DNA from: Vicugna vicugna
Taxonomy: Eukaryota
Assembly: GCA_013265495.1 (NCBI GenBank)
Contig: MU063211.1
Coordinates: 124,001 to 188,000, forward strand
Reading direction: 5' to 3'
Length of the DNA: 64,000 bases
In this document: positions 22,101-35,089 of the stretch, piece by piece
Layout: each line of letters begins with the position of its first letter
Position numbering within the stretch: position 1 is the first letter of the stretch
Position numbers and translations under genes: made by a program
The notes under the pieces: model-generated
Told to the model about the DNA's origin: nothing
Databases searched by the model: none
What the model saw: the letters and a program-made list of their open reading frames with translations, nothing else

Positions 22101-24049
22101 GGTCCCCCCAGGGCCGCGTGTCGGTGGGACAGGAACAGCACAGCTCGGACCGGGGAGGAGGGGCCCGTGAGCCGTGCCAGGGCCTGCCCGCCCAGCCCCG
22201 CGTCGTCGCAAGGGGCTAACGCCCCCCAGACAGACGTCCAGCCTCAGGAACGTGCGGCCACCTGGGCGAGGCGGGGAGGCACAGGGGCTGGACATCGGTG
22301 GGCTTGGGTGTCGGGTTCCAGCTGCATCTTTCCTCCCCGTGCAGCCCCCCCGGCCCGAGCCCCCCACCTGGGCTCCGCAGGAGGGAGGAAAGGACAGCAT
22401 TCTCCCTGGACACCAGCAGCCCCGCCCCAGGCAGAGTCAGTCCTCCCCGTGCAAAGGTCCTGGGCCCCCCTGGGGATAAAGCTCAGCTCCAGAGCAAAGG
22501 GTGGGCCTGGCGGGCCCTGGGGGGCATCCAGAGGCCCGTTTTATGCTCCTTGGGAGGGAGGGCTGTCCTGGGACACTTTCCTGATCTTGGTCAACTCAGG
22601 GGCATGGCCAGGGGACAGGCACCCCGATGGCTGTGATTGTCTTGGAGTCCCTGAAATCTCAGGGTTTCTTCTCTGCTCTGTTCGTCCTGCTGAGACGTAA
22701 GGGGAGCAGGTGTGCAAAGTCCAGCCAGCGGCACAGCATCACCTTCCACTGAGCGGCAGTCTCGCGCCTGCGTCCTGCTCCGTGCGGTGGGGGCACCGAG
22801 GGGCTCCTCCCACCCCAGCCCCCGCGCTCCTTATACGCATCAGCCCCCAGCACGTAAGGAGGCACACCCACTGACCTCCTCATCTGGCTGTGAGCTTCCG
22901 GGGCTGGGGCGGGTGACGCCCAGGGCTGGAGGGCTCTGTGAACGCTTCGGGGACCAGACCCTTCGCAGGACCCTCCTGGCCAGAGGGCACCCACGCGGCC
23001 TGCTGAATGGCTTCTCCAGCTGCGCCCCAGGTCTGAGAGATGACCTGGAGAAGCGAGAGGGTTTCGCGCATCCAACCCCAGCTTCATCTGTCCAGCCCCT
23101 TGCCCCAGGCCCGCGTCCCACTCAGCCGAGACCCTCACGGGGTTCCCCGCACACATGGGTCTTCGGTGGGCATTTGTTTGAGTTGCCACGTGAAGGCAGG
23201 CTCGGGGGCCCCGGGCTAACCCGAGCCCGGCTCTCAGCCCCTCCCCGGGCAGGCGCTACCCTCTCTAACCCCCACGTTGCCCCCACCTTCCTGCCCCCGT
23301 GGCCGGAGCGCCCCCTCCGCCGTCTGTCCGTCTCCCCCCATAGCCGCCACCACCACCGGCTGTGCAGTATGATGCGACCGTGCGTGTGAGCCCAGCACAC
23401 CCTCCACCGCGTCCCAGACTCCCGTCACCTGGTGTCTCCCTGATTCTCACGCGCGTGCTTCCCCTCCCCCACGGGAGGATTCCGCTCGTCTCGTTGTTCT
23501 TACGCCTGAGCCCCCGGCAGGGGCTCGGCAGCGCGCACCAGCTGAGTCAGTTCTGCCACTGTTGACGGTGGGAGCGAAGGGGCTGCAGGTCCAGGCCGCG
23601 GGAGCAGCCCCTCCCCACCCGGGGCACCGGGGCTGGTGGGGTGGGGGTGCCCTGGTGCCCCGCCTCCTCCCCTGCCCCCGCCCTCTGGCCGGGCCGCTCC
23701 TCGCTTCCCACCGGGTGAATCCAGCGGCCGCTTGAACCCAGCGCTCTTCTCTCTGCCTGAGTCTGCAGGTGAACTGCTTGTAACTCACGCTCTAAAAACG
23801 CACATGTCATGAGTATCCCGTTGACTCGATCACGTCTGCTTGGACGCCGTCAGCTTCTATAACCCTAGGGGTCACAACTGAAAGCAAATAGCTGATGGTG
23901 GGATTCACGTAATGTCTGTCTCGCCCCGAGGGCAGCCGCCTGTCTGTCCGGTCACTGCTCCGCCCTCCTTGTCCGGCCACCGCCTGGCAGACTTACTCTC
24001 AGTGAATAAACACTCGCTGAGTGTGTGCCTCTAGCACAACCTCCTCTCG

Positions 24050-25420
24050 GCAGGAGCGATGCGACCAGCCCAGACGGAGCAACGGGCCAGACCCCTCCCC
24101 CTCCTGAAACAGCTGAAAGAAAAACAAAAAACGAGAACATTGGACAAAATACACCAAGCAACGACTCCTAAGAGTTTAGGCGTCAGACAAGATAAGAACG
24201 CACCCCGAAAGGCGTGGGGCAAAGGAGGAGAGCCCGGGCTGTTCCAGCGCGCACCCCCGGAGAGCGGCCAGGTTGTAGTCGGGACGGAGCCCAGGAGGCC
24301 CCGACGCAAAGGGATGTCCGAGTGGAGGAAGTGGAGCTGGCGCTCGGGGGGCTGCGGCAGCCGGAGCTTGCCAGAGAGAGCTGCGGAGAGCCCAGAAGTC
24401 AGCAGAGGGGCCACACGTCTTCGGCCAACCATCACACTGAGGCCGGGGCAGGTCCGCCCAAAAGGGTTCCAGGGAACAGTCCTGGGGACTCACGACGCCT
24501 GTTCCCACAGCCAGAGTGTACGCCGCCCCACGTCATCGGCGCCCAGTGGCGTCCTCGAAAGAGCGCCGAGCAGGAGCCGCAGCCCAGACGCCGCTCAGCT
24601 CCCACCCGAGGAAGCTACCCAAGAGGACAGACGTTCCCGGAGAAAGCTCGCGGGTACGGACGGGGTTACCCACAGTCCCGAGGGTTAGCAAGGCAAAGCG
24701 CGTGACATCCCGCCTCTAACCAAACTCCCCGGCGCCCAGAGGGCGAGAAGGTGCAGCCCGCGCTGAGGAGGGAGATCGAGCGATTGCGAGCGAGCCACAA
24801 ATGGCACAGACGACAGAGTGGGTGGATGAGGACTGAGCAGGCTAATTGATCGCCGTAGATTCAAGATGTTGCAGGAAGAATAAACGCAGCAAGTAGAGAC
24901 GCGGAGGATACAGGAGGAGCCAAATCAAACTTCCGGACGTGGAGCCACGACGTCTGAGACGAAACACACACGGACAGAACTGACAGCAAGGCTGACGCTG
25001 AAGAATAAAAGTTTGCTGAAACCTAAGACAGAGAGACATAAACTTCACAAAATAAACCACAGAAAAGGAAAAAGGCCGGAAAAATAAGTGAGGGCATGAG
25101 AGAACGGTGGGGCCGCTTCAAGCACCCTGACAAACATGGAACTGGAGTCCCTAACGGAGGGAGAGGACGCTCAGGGAGAAATATGGGAAGACATAAAAAC
25201 AAACATTTTCTAAATTTGATAGAAATGGCGAATCCACAGCTCCAAGGCCCTCGGTGGATTTCAAGCACAGGAAACCACAAGCACGACGACGCCAAGGCTG
25301 AAAGCGACCCGGTTCCTCACGCCTGTGACCCAGAGAACGTCTTACAGGCAGTCAGAGCAAGAAGGGCACGCTACGCGCAAGAAGACGGAGAGGGGTGCCA
25401 GGCCCTCCGTGAAACAACGG
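24050..25420 (+). mobile_element. Old LINE-1 5' UTR/ORF1 relic, GC-shifted
   Basis: cctcctgaaacagctgaaag...ttggacaaaatacaccaagcaac resembles L1M 5' ends. The ORF1-like stretch gaatccacagctccaaggccctcggtggatttcaagcacagg corresponds to the IQEAQRTPSRIN region. Confidence 0.75.
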
Positions 25421-28400
25421 AGCTGATGCAGAGCGGAGTGTTATTCTGCCCCTGATGGCAGAGGTTCCAAAACACAAGCGGAGGCTGGTGGAGCTGGAGG
25501 GAGCAGGTGGCTGGAGGCCGGGTGCTGACGGGCCCCCGAAGCTGGACAGCCGGGCCGTCCGGAAGGGCGTCCGAGGGGCGCACCTCCGGGTCCAGCACTG
25601 GGCCGCGGGGTTCTTTGAATTCGCCTTGACTGGGGACAGAGGGCCTCTGGCCGTCCGTCCTGGGGTTGAGCCAGGGCGAGACGGGGTGAGGGAGCAGGAA
25701 GGCTGGGCTTCCCTGCTGCGTGCTGACGCCTGCTTCCAGCTCTCGGTGTGCTGGGTTTTGAAGCGTGAGCCCACCCAGATCTGCTCGGGTCCTAGACCCC
25801 TGAAGGCCGTGTGCTCAGTGGGCGCGTGTGCAAGACGGGTTACCCACTGGGATGTCACAGGTTGGGAAAGGAGCCCCGAACTGGACATTCCACAAGAAGA
25901 CGGTCACTGCACTGCAGGCTGTTGGGATGGTTCAGCGAGACCGTGTGCATGAAGTGTCCACCGCAGTGGACGCTTGTGTGAGCGCCAGCAAGACCTCGCT
26001 TCACTTCTCTCTTCCGTTCATTTACTCTGCAAACGTCCTGCTGGGCGCTGGTAGGCGTGAAGTCCCCTCCATGCCGCGTCACAGCCTGGACAGCTCTGCT
26101 CTTCAAGGTAACCCTGGGGATCGCTCGTGCCCTTTGGCACCAACCACTGCCACGTGGGACGTGATTCCCGCCGCCATCTGGGGCCAAAGTGCTCTCCTGG
26201 GACTGCCACGTGGGGACCAGGAATTTTCCTTTCTGAGCCCTGCTGGCCGGTGGCTTACCCCGCCAAAGCACAGGTGCCGAGCGTCTTCCGTTCCCCGACC
26301 ACGTGGTGAGGTCAGAGTCTCAGGAAGGTCCCATCTGATGCCAATAGTCTGTAACACTGAGGTTTTCCCAAGGGTGTTAAATTGCTTGCACAGAGAAACA
26401 CAACTCCTCCACATAAAGGAGCCCGGACGCGGAGGGGAGGAAGGTCCAGGGGCTGGCCCGTCCCAACCGGCTGGCGTATGGGTGAGGCCGGCTGGAAACA
26501 TCCGGCACCATCAACTGCCAGATGTCTGAGCTGCGCGCGCCGCCCAGGTGAGGCCAGGCCAGGCGGCAGAGTCACAGAGTCGCGAGCAAGTTAAACGGGG
26601 CCGATTCAAAGCCCGGCGGGAAGCCGCCTCTCCCAGGAGGTCCTGAGACAGCCCCCACGCCCTCGTCCCCCTCTCTCTGCGCCCCTCTGCCTCCTAACAA
26701 CCAGGCTGCGAGTAATCCCGGGCTGGGGATTTACGCCGAGCGGGAACTCAGGCAGGAACGGCTCGCTCTCACTCGTCTTCCTTCCGACTGACACAGAGAT
26801 CGCAGGCACGAGAGGAAAGGGCTGCATAGCTTTTGTTATAGGAATTCAGGGGTCACCATCCTCAGTGGTGACCTGCACTCACCACAGGGCCTTTGCACGT
26901 GAGGTCAGCGTGGAAGGAATCGGACCGTGCCGTGGGAAGCAGGCGGTCCCTTGTGTTCTGCTTCTAGCTTCCTTGGCGTGCGGGGCCCCGGCTCATATTC
27001 CTCCTGCTGTCAATACCAATTATTCTGGGACTTTGCTTTCACAATGGCGTTTCAACATCTTAATCAAATTATGCCGGGAGAGCTTCAGTGAAAACAGCCC
27101 TTGCTGGCAGAGCAATTGCAAAATGTTAGGAAAGAAATGACAGAGTAAGGCTCCCAGGAAAAGAACGAGACGACCTCAGGCAGAGGCCTTAGAGCAGGCG
27201 AGTCTCTGGAGGGTCCCAGCTTTCTCTGCTGGGGGAGAGGCGTCAGCCCCTGACCTGCGAAGTCGCAGGCGAGCGGAGATGGGAGGCGGGGAAGGGGTTG
27301 AGGTGCACGCGGGCCAGCGGGCAGGGAGGCTGTCACGCATCTGTCTCTCCCTCCGTCGCCGCCCAGGCAGCTCTGGGCAGCCTGGGCAGCAGGAACCTTG
27401 CCCTTCCCTGCAAGTGCCCGTGAGCTGCTGCGGGTGCCACCCTCGGGCTCTGTCCACCATCCACCCCCCGGCCCCCGCCCAAGCCCGGAATACTGACAGT
27501 CGACGTGGATGGGCAGTGAGGCTCCCTGTTGGCCTCACAGAGTCCAGGCCAACTGCACACGAAATAAAGCCACAGCGTCTCAGCACGGAAACGTGGGTTT
27601 TCTGTGATTTGGCCCCAATCTGGTTTCAGCCCCACGGAGTCACGAGCTGGCTGAGATGGTTGAGCCCTGACCCCCTGGGGTGGGACTGCTGGCCTCCTGC
27701 TCCCCAGCAGGGGGGCGAGAGCCCCAGGGCCCCAGCATCCGGGAGCTGGGCTGACCCCCCGCAGACCACCTGGGACCCAGGCAGGCCCTCTTCCATCCAC
27801 GCCAGGAAGCAGGAGCGGTGTGGCTGCCTCCTTCCCCTGGAGCGTGGGTGCCCGCTTGCCTGGGGCCCGGGCTCAGGGCCCCGGCACCCTCCGCTTTTCC
27901 CATCCCGAGTTCCAGCTTCACAGAAGCTCCGCGGGCGTCTCCCCAGCCTGCAAGCACCCACCACCAGGCCATCAGCGACAGGGAGCTGGGCGGGAGGGCT
28001 GCGCTCTTAGAACTAACCGGGCGGGAGGTTAGACGCCTGGCAGACCCGGGGGAGATAAACAGTCGCTCCCTCTCCCTTCCCGCAGCGCTTTGATCTGGCA
28101 GAGCAGACCCGGCCCCCGGGACCAGAACCTTGACGTTCCCGAGCACGTCAGCGCAGTGCAGGCATCTCAGCACAGCTTCAGGGGCAGACTGAGCGTCGCC
28201 AGGCCCGGACCGGGTCTGGGCTCAGCCCCGAGCCCGGCTTTCTCACGTGTTCAGGGGCTGAGAGGACCTGCCCACCACGTCGTGTGCAGCTCGTGACGGA
28301 GCCCGGGGGTCCCTCTCACCGATTCCCTCACTTCTCCGCCTCCGCTGCAGAAACGGGGGCTTCCCTGACTGTGGCTCCGAGCTGGGGGTGGCGCCAGGAG

Positions 28401-31400
28401 CTGGCGGTACCAGGCCGACCCCTGAGAGGAGCTGGAGGAGACGGGGGTGCCTCCCACCAACCACCTGACTCAGCTGCCGTCCCCACTCACATTTGTACTA
28501 AAGGGGTTTATGGATTTTGTCGTAATTTAATTTTAAGGCTTAATGCTTAATTAAATAGACTTACTAAGCCCTGCAGTGCACTTTTATACTCAGCCTAGAA
28601 CCAGCCGTGACTGTCACAGAGGATTCCCGCCCGTCGAGCGGGTGACGAGAGACCACGCAGAGCAGCAAGCCCGTCGCTGGCCCGGGTCCCAGGGGCCCTC
28701 CTTTCCCTAACACAGGGGCCCAGACCTCTTAACGTTTGAAACACCTGCCTGAGGGTGGGAAACAAAAGATCTGGTGTTTCAAGGGGTTTCCCGTGCGTGC
28801 TTGGGAGAAACCCAAGGCCCCGCGAGCCAGGAGCTGGAGAAGCCGCGGCACAGAGGAGGGAGCCAGCCTCCGCCCTGCGGGGGGAGCTCCGGGCAGGCGG
28901 GGCCGCATGTGGGCGGGTGAGCTCTCCCCTCCGCGCCTTCTCCTCCCGCGCCTGCCGCTGGGATGGGAGCCGAGGGCTGTGCTTCACGCAGCAGCTGTAG
29001 CCACCTGGGGGGCAGAGACCTGCTGGGCCTGACGGACCCTTGGCGGGTGACCCTGCCCTGGGACCTCCAGGAAGGGTGTCGCAGCCGGGCCATGGCAGCG
29101 CGGGCGGCTGGATGCAGGCGTCCTCGGCAAGACTTTATCCCCCAGTGACGTGAACGCTTTGTCCCTCTGCACTGGATACAGAGCACATCTGAAGGGGTCT
29201 CCAGTGAGTGTGGTCCTCCCACTGCCCAAGACGACTCTCAAAGGGCCTAGAATGTTCTCTGCCGTGAGGACCCACCCGCTGCTTGTTTTTCCATCCGTGC
29301 CCCCATTTCTGGGCACTTACCCTCTGCGGCGTGGCAGGACACAGGCCCTGGGGATGTGGACACGAACGCGGAAGCCCACGCCCTTGGCGCCTTCCCACCC
29401 ACTCCTGGCTCAGATCGCCCTCTGCAGAGCCTGGGGCCAGGGAAGAGGGACAAGGGGTGGTCGCCGCACCCACCACCTGACTGGACCAGGCGCCGCATAC
29501 GGGCCCCTTCCCCCTACCCAATGCCCAGCCCCGCTTCCCAGCGTACCTGCCGGCCCAGGCTCTGGTCACCCACCTCGCGCGGCCTGGGGCTGAGCGTCGC
29601 TCTCGGGGCCCAGCCTCACCTTGGACACCATCTTGAACTGTCGCCTGCTGATCCCCAGGTGAGATCTCAGGCCCCCGAGAAGGAGCGGCCCCATTTCCTC
29701 GGTCCTTCCCTCCAGGCCGGCACTGGGCACTGGGAGGGCCCGGCTGCCGAGGCAGGAAGCGAGGCCCTCCCGTGTGGCCGTGAGCTGCCCCCCACCACGG
29801 GCCTCCTGAGGGGCCTTCCCCAAGGAGGCCGGGGAGGGGGTGGGTGGAGGCTGGAAAGGAGCCCTTTTACAGGGTCTCCCCAGGTGGGCTTTGTGCTCTG
29901 AACGTGGGCGTCTGCCAGGCCTTCCGAGAGCGGGGCCCTCTCTGGACCTCAGCCTCCATCGTGGGCAAAATCGCAGGGGTGAGGCCTCCCTCCCAGGCCG
30001 ACGGCGCAGCTAGAAGAGGCACGGCTTTCCCTGCGGGCTCTGCTCCGCAGTGGGATGCACACCGGGTGCCCACAAACAGTGGTTTTTATTTTCAAAGAGA
30101 GAACCGATGTGCGAGAGCTTCCAGCATGCCGCTGATGGCCAGGAAGGCTTTGCCTGATGGCCTCTTGGAGAGCTGAGTCGTCGGGCCCAGTCCCAGCCTG
30201 CGTCGGCTTAGAAGGAGCGTGGTCCTGTCTCCTCATGAAGGACGATGGGTGCCCTTAGTCCCGGCAGCCACCCGGAGGAGGAGGGCACCCGGCCTGGCCA
30301 CACACCGGCGGTGTGAACGGGACCCCCACCCTCCTCCCCAGCCCACAGGTCAGGGGGCGCTGCTGTGCGCTCTGCGTGAGGCCCACGCCCAGAGGACCCG
30401 CAGTGGTACCAGGCCTGGGAGGCACCTGCGGACGCGGAGTGGACCTGGGTGGCCAGGTCGGGTGTCCTGAGCTGCCGTCGTTGTGGTGCCGGCCACACCC
30501 CCAGAAGCTGGCTGTCTGTCGGAGGGGGTCCACCCCTTCCCGCAAGGCCCCTCCCTCCTCTTAGTGCAGCCAGGGCCCGTAAAAGTCGCCGAGGGCACGC
30601 AGCCGACCCGGCTTTCCCAGGGGTCAGTCGGGGGTTCTGGCTGAGTGGCCTCCGTACCGTCACCGCAGTGACTTTGGAGAGGAAGAAATGGAGCTGCTGA
30701 CATTTGCAAGATTCATCTCAAACTGTGTTAGACAGTGCTAATTAAAATGACTCATGCTGCTAGGAACTCAGTCGAATCAATCAGTTTTCAGCAACTCAGC
30801 GCCCGTCCCTTTCCTCCGCAGCTCGGGGAGCAGGTGAGCGTGCCCTGGTGTCTTCCCTGCAGGGCTGGGGCCCGTCCGCGAGCACACCCGGGCCTGGGTC
30901 CCCGGGGTCTCCGGGGAGCCTCGTCCTGGGACGTGTCAGCACTTTGCCTTCCAGTTTTGTCCCTCCCTGACTGACCCCGCGGCGTACCGAGTATTGACTG
31001 GGTCCCTGCTGAGTGCAGGCAGAGCGCCTGGGCTAATGAACGGGCTGCTCTGGGGGCTGCGGGTGGAAGGGGAGGGTGGGCCGACCGGAACGGTGGGAGG
31101 AGAAGGAGACAGAAACAAGTCAGGAAGCGGGTACAGGAGGTGCCTTCCCGGGGGTTAGGAACCAAGGAGACCATCTGTCAGGTGGACGTGAAAATGACTA
31201 GCTGAGTGGGGGCGACTTTGGATGGTGGGACCCCTGGAAGAGGCAGCAGGAGTGGGAGACTCTGCACCAGTCCGGGAAGAGTGCGGGCAGGGCCGGGGTG
31301 GGCAGCGCCGAGTGCCGATCTGGGCCCGGCTTTCACGGCTCCGTCTGCGCTTCTGTGGGGCTGGGGGCCGGGCAGGAGGGCACAGCTGCCCTGGGCGTGC

Positions 31401-32496
31401 AGGCGAGAGAGCCAGCGGGGCGGGGAGAGAAGGGTAAACGCAGGGTGTGTCCCGGGGGCCGGCTGGCCAGACTGGAAGACGCGGTGACGTGGGCGGTGGG
31501 GGGAGAGGTGACTCGGGGTTCCGGCGGGGCGAGGCGGGGCCGGCGGTGCGAAGCGGACGGCTCAGAGGACAGCAGCAGGGGTTAAGCCAGGAGCGGGGCG
31601 CCAGCGTGCTGCACTGAGCTGCCTACTGGGGAGCCCAGGGGCCGCGTTGGGGAGGCGGGTGAACAGCTGAGCCGGAGCTCCGTGCCAGGTCAGGATCAGA
31701 GACCCACATGGAGCCACTGGCCTACAGATGGCGTCTAGAAGCTTGAGGCTGCACGCAGCCACCTGGGGCCAGACGGCAGAGAGGGGAGAGGCAGGGAGAA
31801 GCCGGGGGCCTGGGCACCACCACGTAGAGGCGATGAGGTGAGAACAAAGCCAGGAGCCTGCTCCAGGTAGGAGGTGACCCAGAAAAGCCGGGCAGAGACC
31901 TGGCAACAGGGTGGTCATGGGCCACTTGTCAAGGTCCTTGTGGACGGAGGAGGAGGAGACGGAACCCCAGCTGCAGCCATCAGTGAATCTGAACCACACA
32001 CTTAAGACAGGCGTGAGCCCCCCAGCCGGCAGGGTCTGCCTGGACCCTGGTGCTTGCCTGGCCATGCTCTGCACTGCCTGGGCTACTCTGGGCCAGTGTC
32101 CGAGAGTCCTGGAGCCCGAGACCCAGGTGCACAGAGGGAGGAGCTGTGAAGTGAGGATGAGGGAGGGAAATTCTATCTGTTAGAGACTGGGAGGGCTTCC
32201 CAGAGGAGGTGGTGTCTGCGGAGGCTCAGAGTCTGTGGTCATTTTCTAGGTCAAGGACAGGGGAGGGCAGAGGGCAGAGCAAAGCAGGGAAGGCTCTGGA
32301 GAGACGGGAAGGACGAGAGTCCTTGGAGATGAAGTGGAAGAGGGAGCCGGGTCACGGAGGACCTCGGACACCTCACTAAGGGCGTCTAACTGTACATGAA
32401 ACACCCAACACTGCTGGTCTGCTGTACAGAGTGCATTAACTCTTCTCGTTCATTATAAAATAATAGGAATTCCTTACGGGAAAACTGGAAAATACT

Positions 32497-32740
32497 CTGG
32501 TGGGCTGAATAATGCCCCCAAAGATGGCTGTGTCCTAAGGCCCAGAACGTGGGGCTCCCCCTTCCATGGTAAAAGCTGGAAAAAGAAAGGAAACAGATCC
32601 TCCCCTGGAGCCTCCAGAAGGAACCAGTCCTGCTGACGCCGGGACTTCGGACATCGACCTCGGATGCTGAGAGAATAAAGCTGTCAGCTTGAGCCGCTGC
32701 GTTTGTGAGGATTTGCCGTAGCAGCAACAGGAAACTGACC
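32497..32740 (+). mobile_element. MaLR LTR (MLT1D-like), internally deleted
   Basis: tggtgggctgaataatgcccccaaagatg...cctggagcctccagaaggaaccagtcctgctgac...tttgtgaggatttgccgtagcagcaacaggaaactga. Confidence 0.8.
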
Positions 32741-32965
32741 CAAGCAGCAGCACGCAGAGAGGAGAGACGGGGGAATCTCCGGGCCACGGTTTACCCTCTG
32801 CCTGGTCTCCGGTCCTCACAGAGCCCTTTTATACGTGGTTAAGCCTGGACAACTTGATAACCTGTCTCTTCCCCTAAACTTTTGCAAGGATATTTCTTCC
32901 ACGTTATTAGCGTTATTTGCAATGGTTTCTCATCACTGTCAAATTTTTAAAGGAAAGGAAAAGCA

Positions 32966-33513
32966 TGATCTGTGAATAATCAACGGAACCCTCACTAAAA
33001 TGGAGATGGGAGGGAAGAACAGGAAGCTCTCCATATCCCACAAGCAGAGACTACCCTCAAATCCCCAGCGAGAAGACACTTGCTACTAACTCCCCAGCAC
33101 CAGGAGGGAAGATTTTCTCCCTGTCCGGCAACAGCTCGGCCAACGAGAGACCAGCAACAGCTCGGCCAATGAGATGCCAGCACAGCCCGGCCAATGAGGG
33201 ACCAGCACAGCCTGGCCAATGAGAGACCAGCACAGCCTGGCCAATGAGAGACCAGCACAGCCCGGCCAATGAGAGACCAGCACGGCCCGGCCAGTGAAAA
33301 GCCCCTGCACGTCCAGCTCCCGGGTTCCTCCAATGGCCCCTTTGTTTGGAACGGCCCCTCACAGCTCCGCCTTTTCCTCCGTGAAGGCTTTCCTGTCCTC
33401 TGCTTTGCTAAACTTGCATGCAGTTCGCCCCAGGCTGAATGTCCCAAATTGTGGGTCCTGAATAAACCCGCCTTGCTGGTAAAATAACTGGCTTTTTACT
33501 GTTTTAGGTTAAC
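32966..33513 (+). mobile_element. ERV1-like LTR (probably solo)
   Basis: Starts near aataatcaacggaaccctcactaaaatggag, contains a CCAAT array in U3 and AATAAA at 33461-33466, and ends ...ttttaggttaac. No TSD confirmed and the 5' edge is approximate. Confidence 0.75.
33129..33300 (+). repeat. 25-26-bp minisatellite, about 7 units, with GGCCAATGAG cores
   Basis: Unit cacagccYggccaatgagagaccag. Intact CCAAT in units 2-6; CCAAC and CCAGT in units 1 and 7. Confidence 0.95.
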
Positions 33514-34199
33514 CGTCCAAACTACCCATGTGAAAACTCTGGCATTCTGCACCCAACCCCAGAAGCTTGAGCAACTCCTAGCAGGCGCTCGTGGCTGGCT
33601 TGGGACCCAATGAGGGTGCTAGTGACAGTGCGACATCCCAGACACCATGGGTTTATTCTCCACTCCCGTGTCGTTAAGAACTCGGCTTGCTGTTGGCAGG
33701 CAGGCTTCTCAGGGTGGTGACCCAGCGGCACCCAGGCTCTCCCTCCCGTGCTTCTGTCACCTTTAACCATTGCTTCCAAAGTCAACGTGCTGGAAAAAGA
33801 TGCTGACACGGAGCGTGAACTGGGGAGAGGCTACTAGGAAGAGATAAAGTCAGGGGGGTCTGACTGGGAGAACTGTATGGTCCTACGAGGAAAAGCTCAT
33901 CACCACCACGAATGTCCGATCCTGTGGCCGCTCCCAAAGCACAGAGGCGGGGAGACAGTGCCAGGTAGCGAGCCAGGGGGTAGAGGGGAATCTGTCTGAA
34001 GTTCAGTGATGCCCCTGGGGCGTCCGGAGGACCCATGTGTGGAGAAGACGTGGGAGGGAAAGGGGCTGACTGTCCAGCAGGGCACCAGGGACAGCATATG
34101 AGGCCCTGAGAACCAAGGAAGCACAGACCCCAGCAGAGCCTGGAGCCTGGAGCAAGGCGTGGGCACTGTGCTCGGGAGGAGGACTCCTGGTGGAGCAGG

Positions 34200-34605
34200 T
34201 TGGACAGTGCCCTCCAGTAGGTATGTCCGTCTGGGACCTGTGAGTGAAACCTGTTCGGGGGGAGAGAAAGCATTTATAGATGTAACTAAGTTAAGGGTCC
34301 CAAGATGAAATCTTCCAGGATTACCCAGGTGGCCCCTAAAGCCAATGGTGAGTGTCCTCGTAAGAGGCAGTGAGGAAAGACACGTGGAGCAGAGGCTGGG
34401 GAGATGCAGCCACAAGCCAAGGCTACATGGGGCCCCCAGGAGCTGGGACAGACAAGGAAGGCCCTCCCCTAGAGCTTCTGGAGGCAGCGCAGCCCTGCAA
34501 CGCCTTGATCTGGGACTTCTGGCCTCCAGGGCTGGGAGAGAATACATTTCCGTTGCTATAAGTCACCCGGTTTGTGGTCGTTTGTTACAGCAGCCACAGG
34601 CTGCT
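34200..34605 (+). mobile_element. MaLR LTR (MLT1C-like)
   Basis: gcatttatagatgtaactaagttaagg...cagccacaagccaagg...ccctcccctagagcttctggagg...tttgtggtcgtttgttacagcagccacagg. Confidence 0.85.
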
Positions 34606-35089
34606 CCTACCGGGTCAGGAGGCAGGGGGCGCGGGGAGCACGGTGCGGAGGTAACCTCCCCAGGGCGAGCGCTCAGGAAGTGATGCAGGAGGCAGTGGGG
34701 GCACCTTCCCAACGTCCACAGACTTGTCAAAGCTCCTGGAAAGAAGGCAAGCTTGATTCCCTCTGTGTTCACCCCTGCCTGGCCCGTGGGGCTCCCGGCA
34801 GAGGCTCCGCTGCATGGGTGGGGGGCGGGGTCTGGGGCTCACCACCAGGCGTAGGGGGAGCTGGGCGGCCCACGTGGAGGGCAGGGGGCAGAGGGTGCTT
34901 CTGGCCCAGGCTCAGAGGGAAGCAGGCACCCCCCCTCTTCCCAGAGACGAAAACCAGAGCAGCCCTCCCGTGTGTGAAACTGGAGCCCCTGGGGCCGGGC
35001 CGGCCATCAGCGCGGACGATCTGCTCTCAAACGCTGGCAACGCTGAAACTAAGGAAGTGATTTCCCGCGAGAGGCTCGCCGTCTAGCAG

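Noticed and set aside
33129-33300. CRISPR-like periodicity
   Set aside because: The units are contiguous with no unique spacers, they lie inside an LTR in mammalian DNA, and there are no cas genes.
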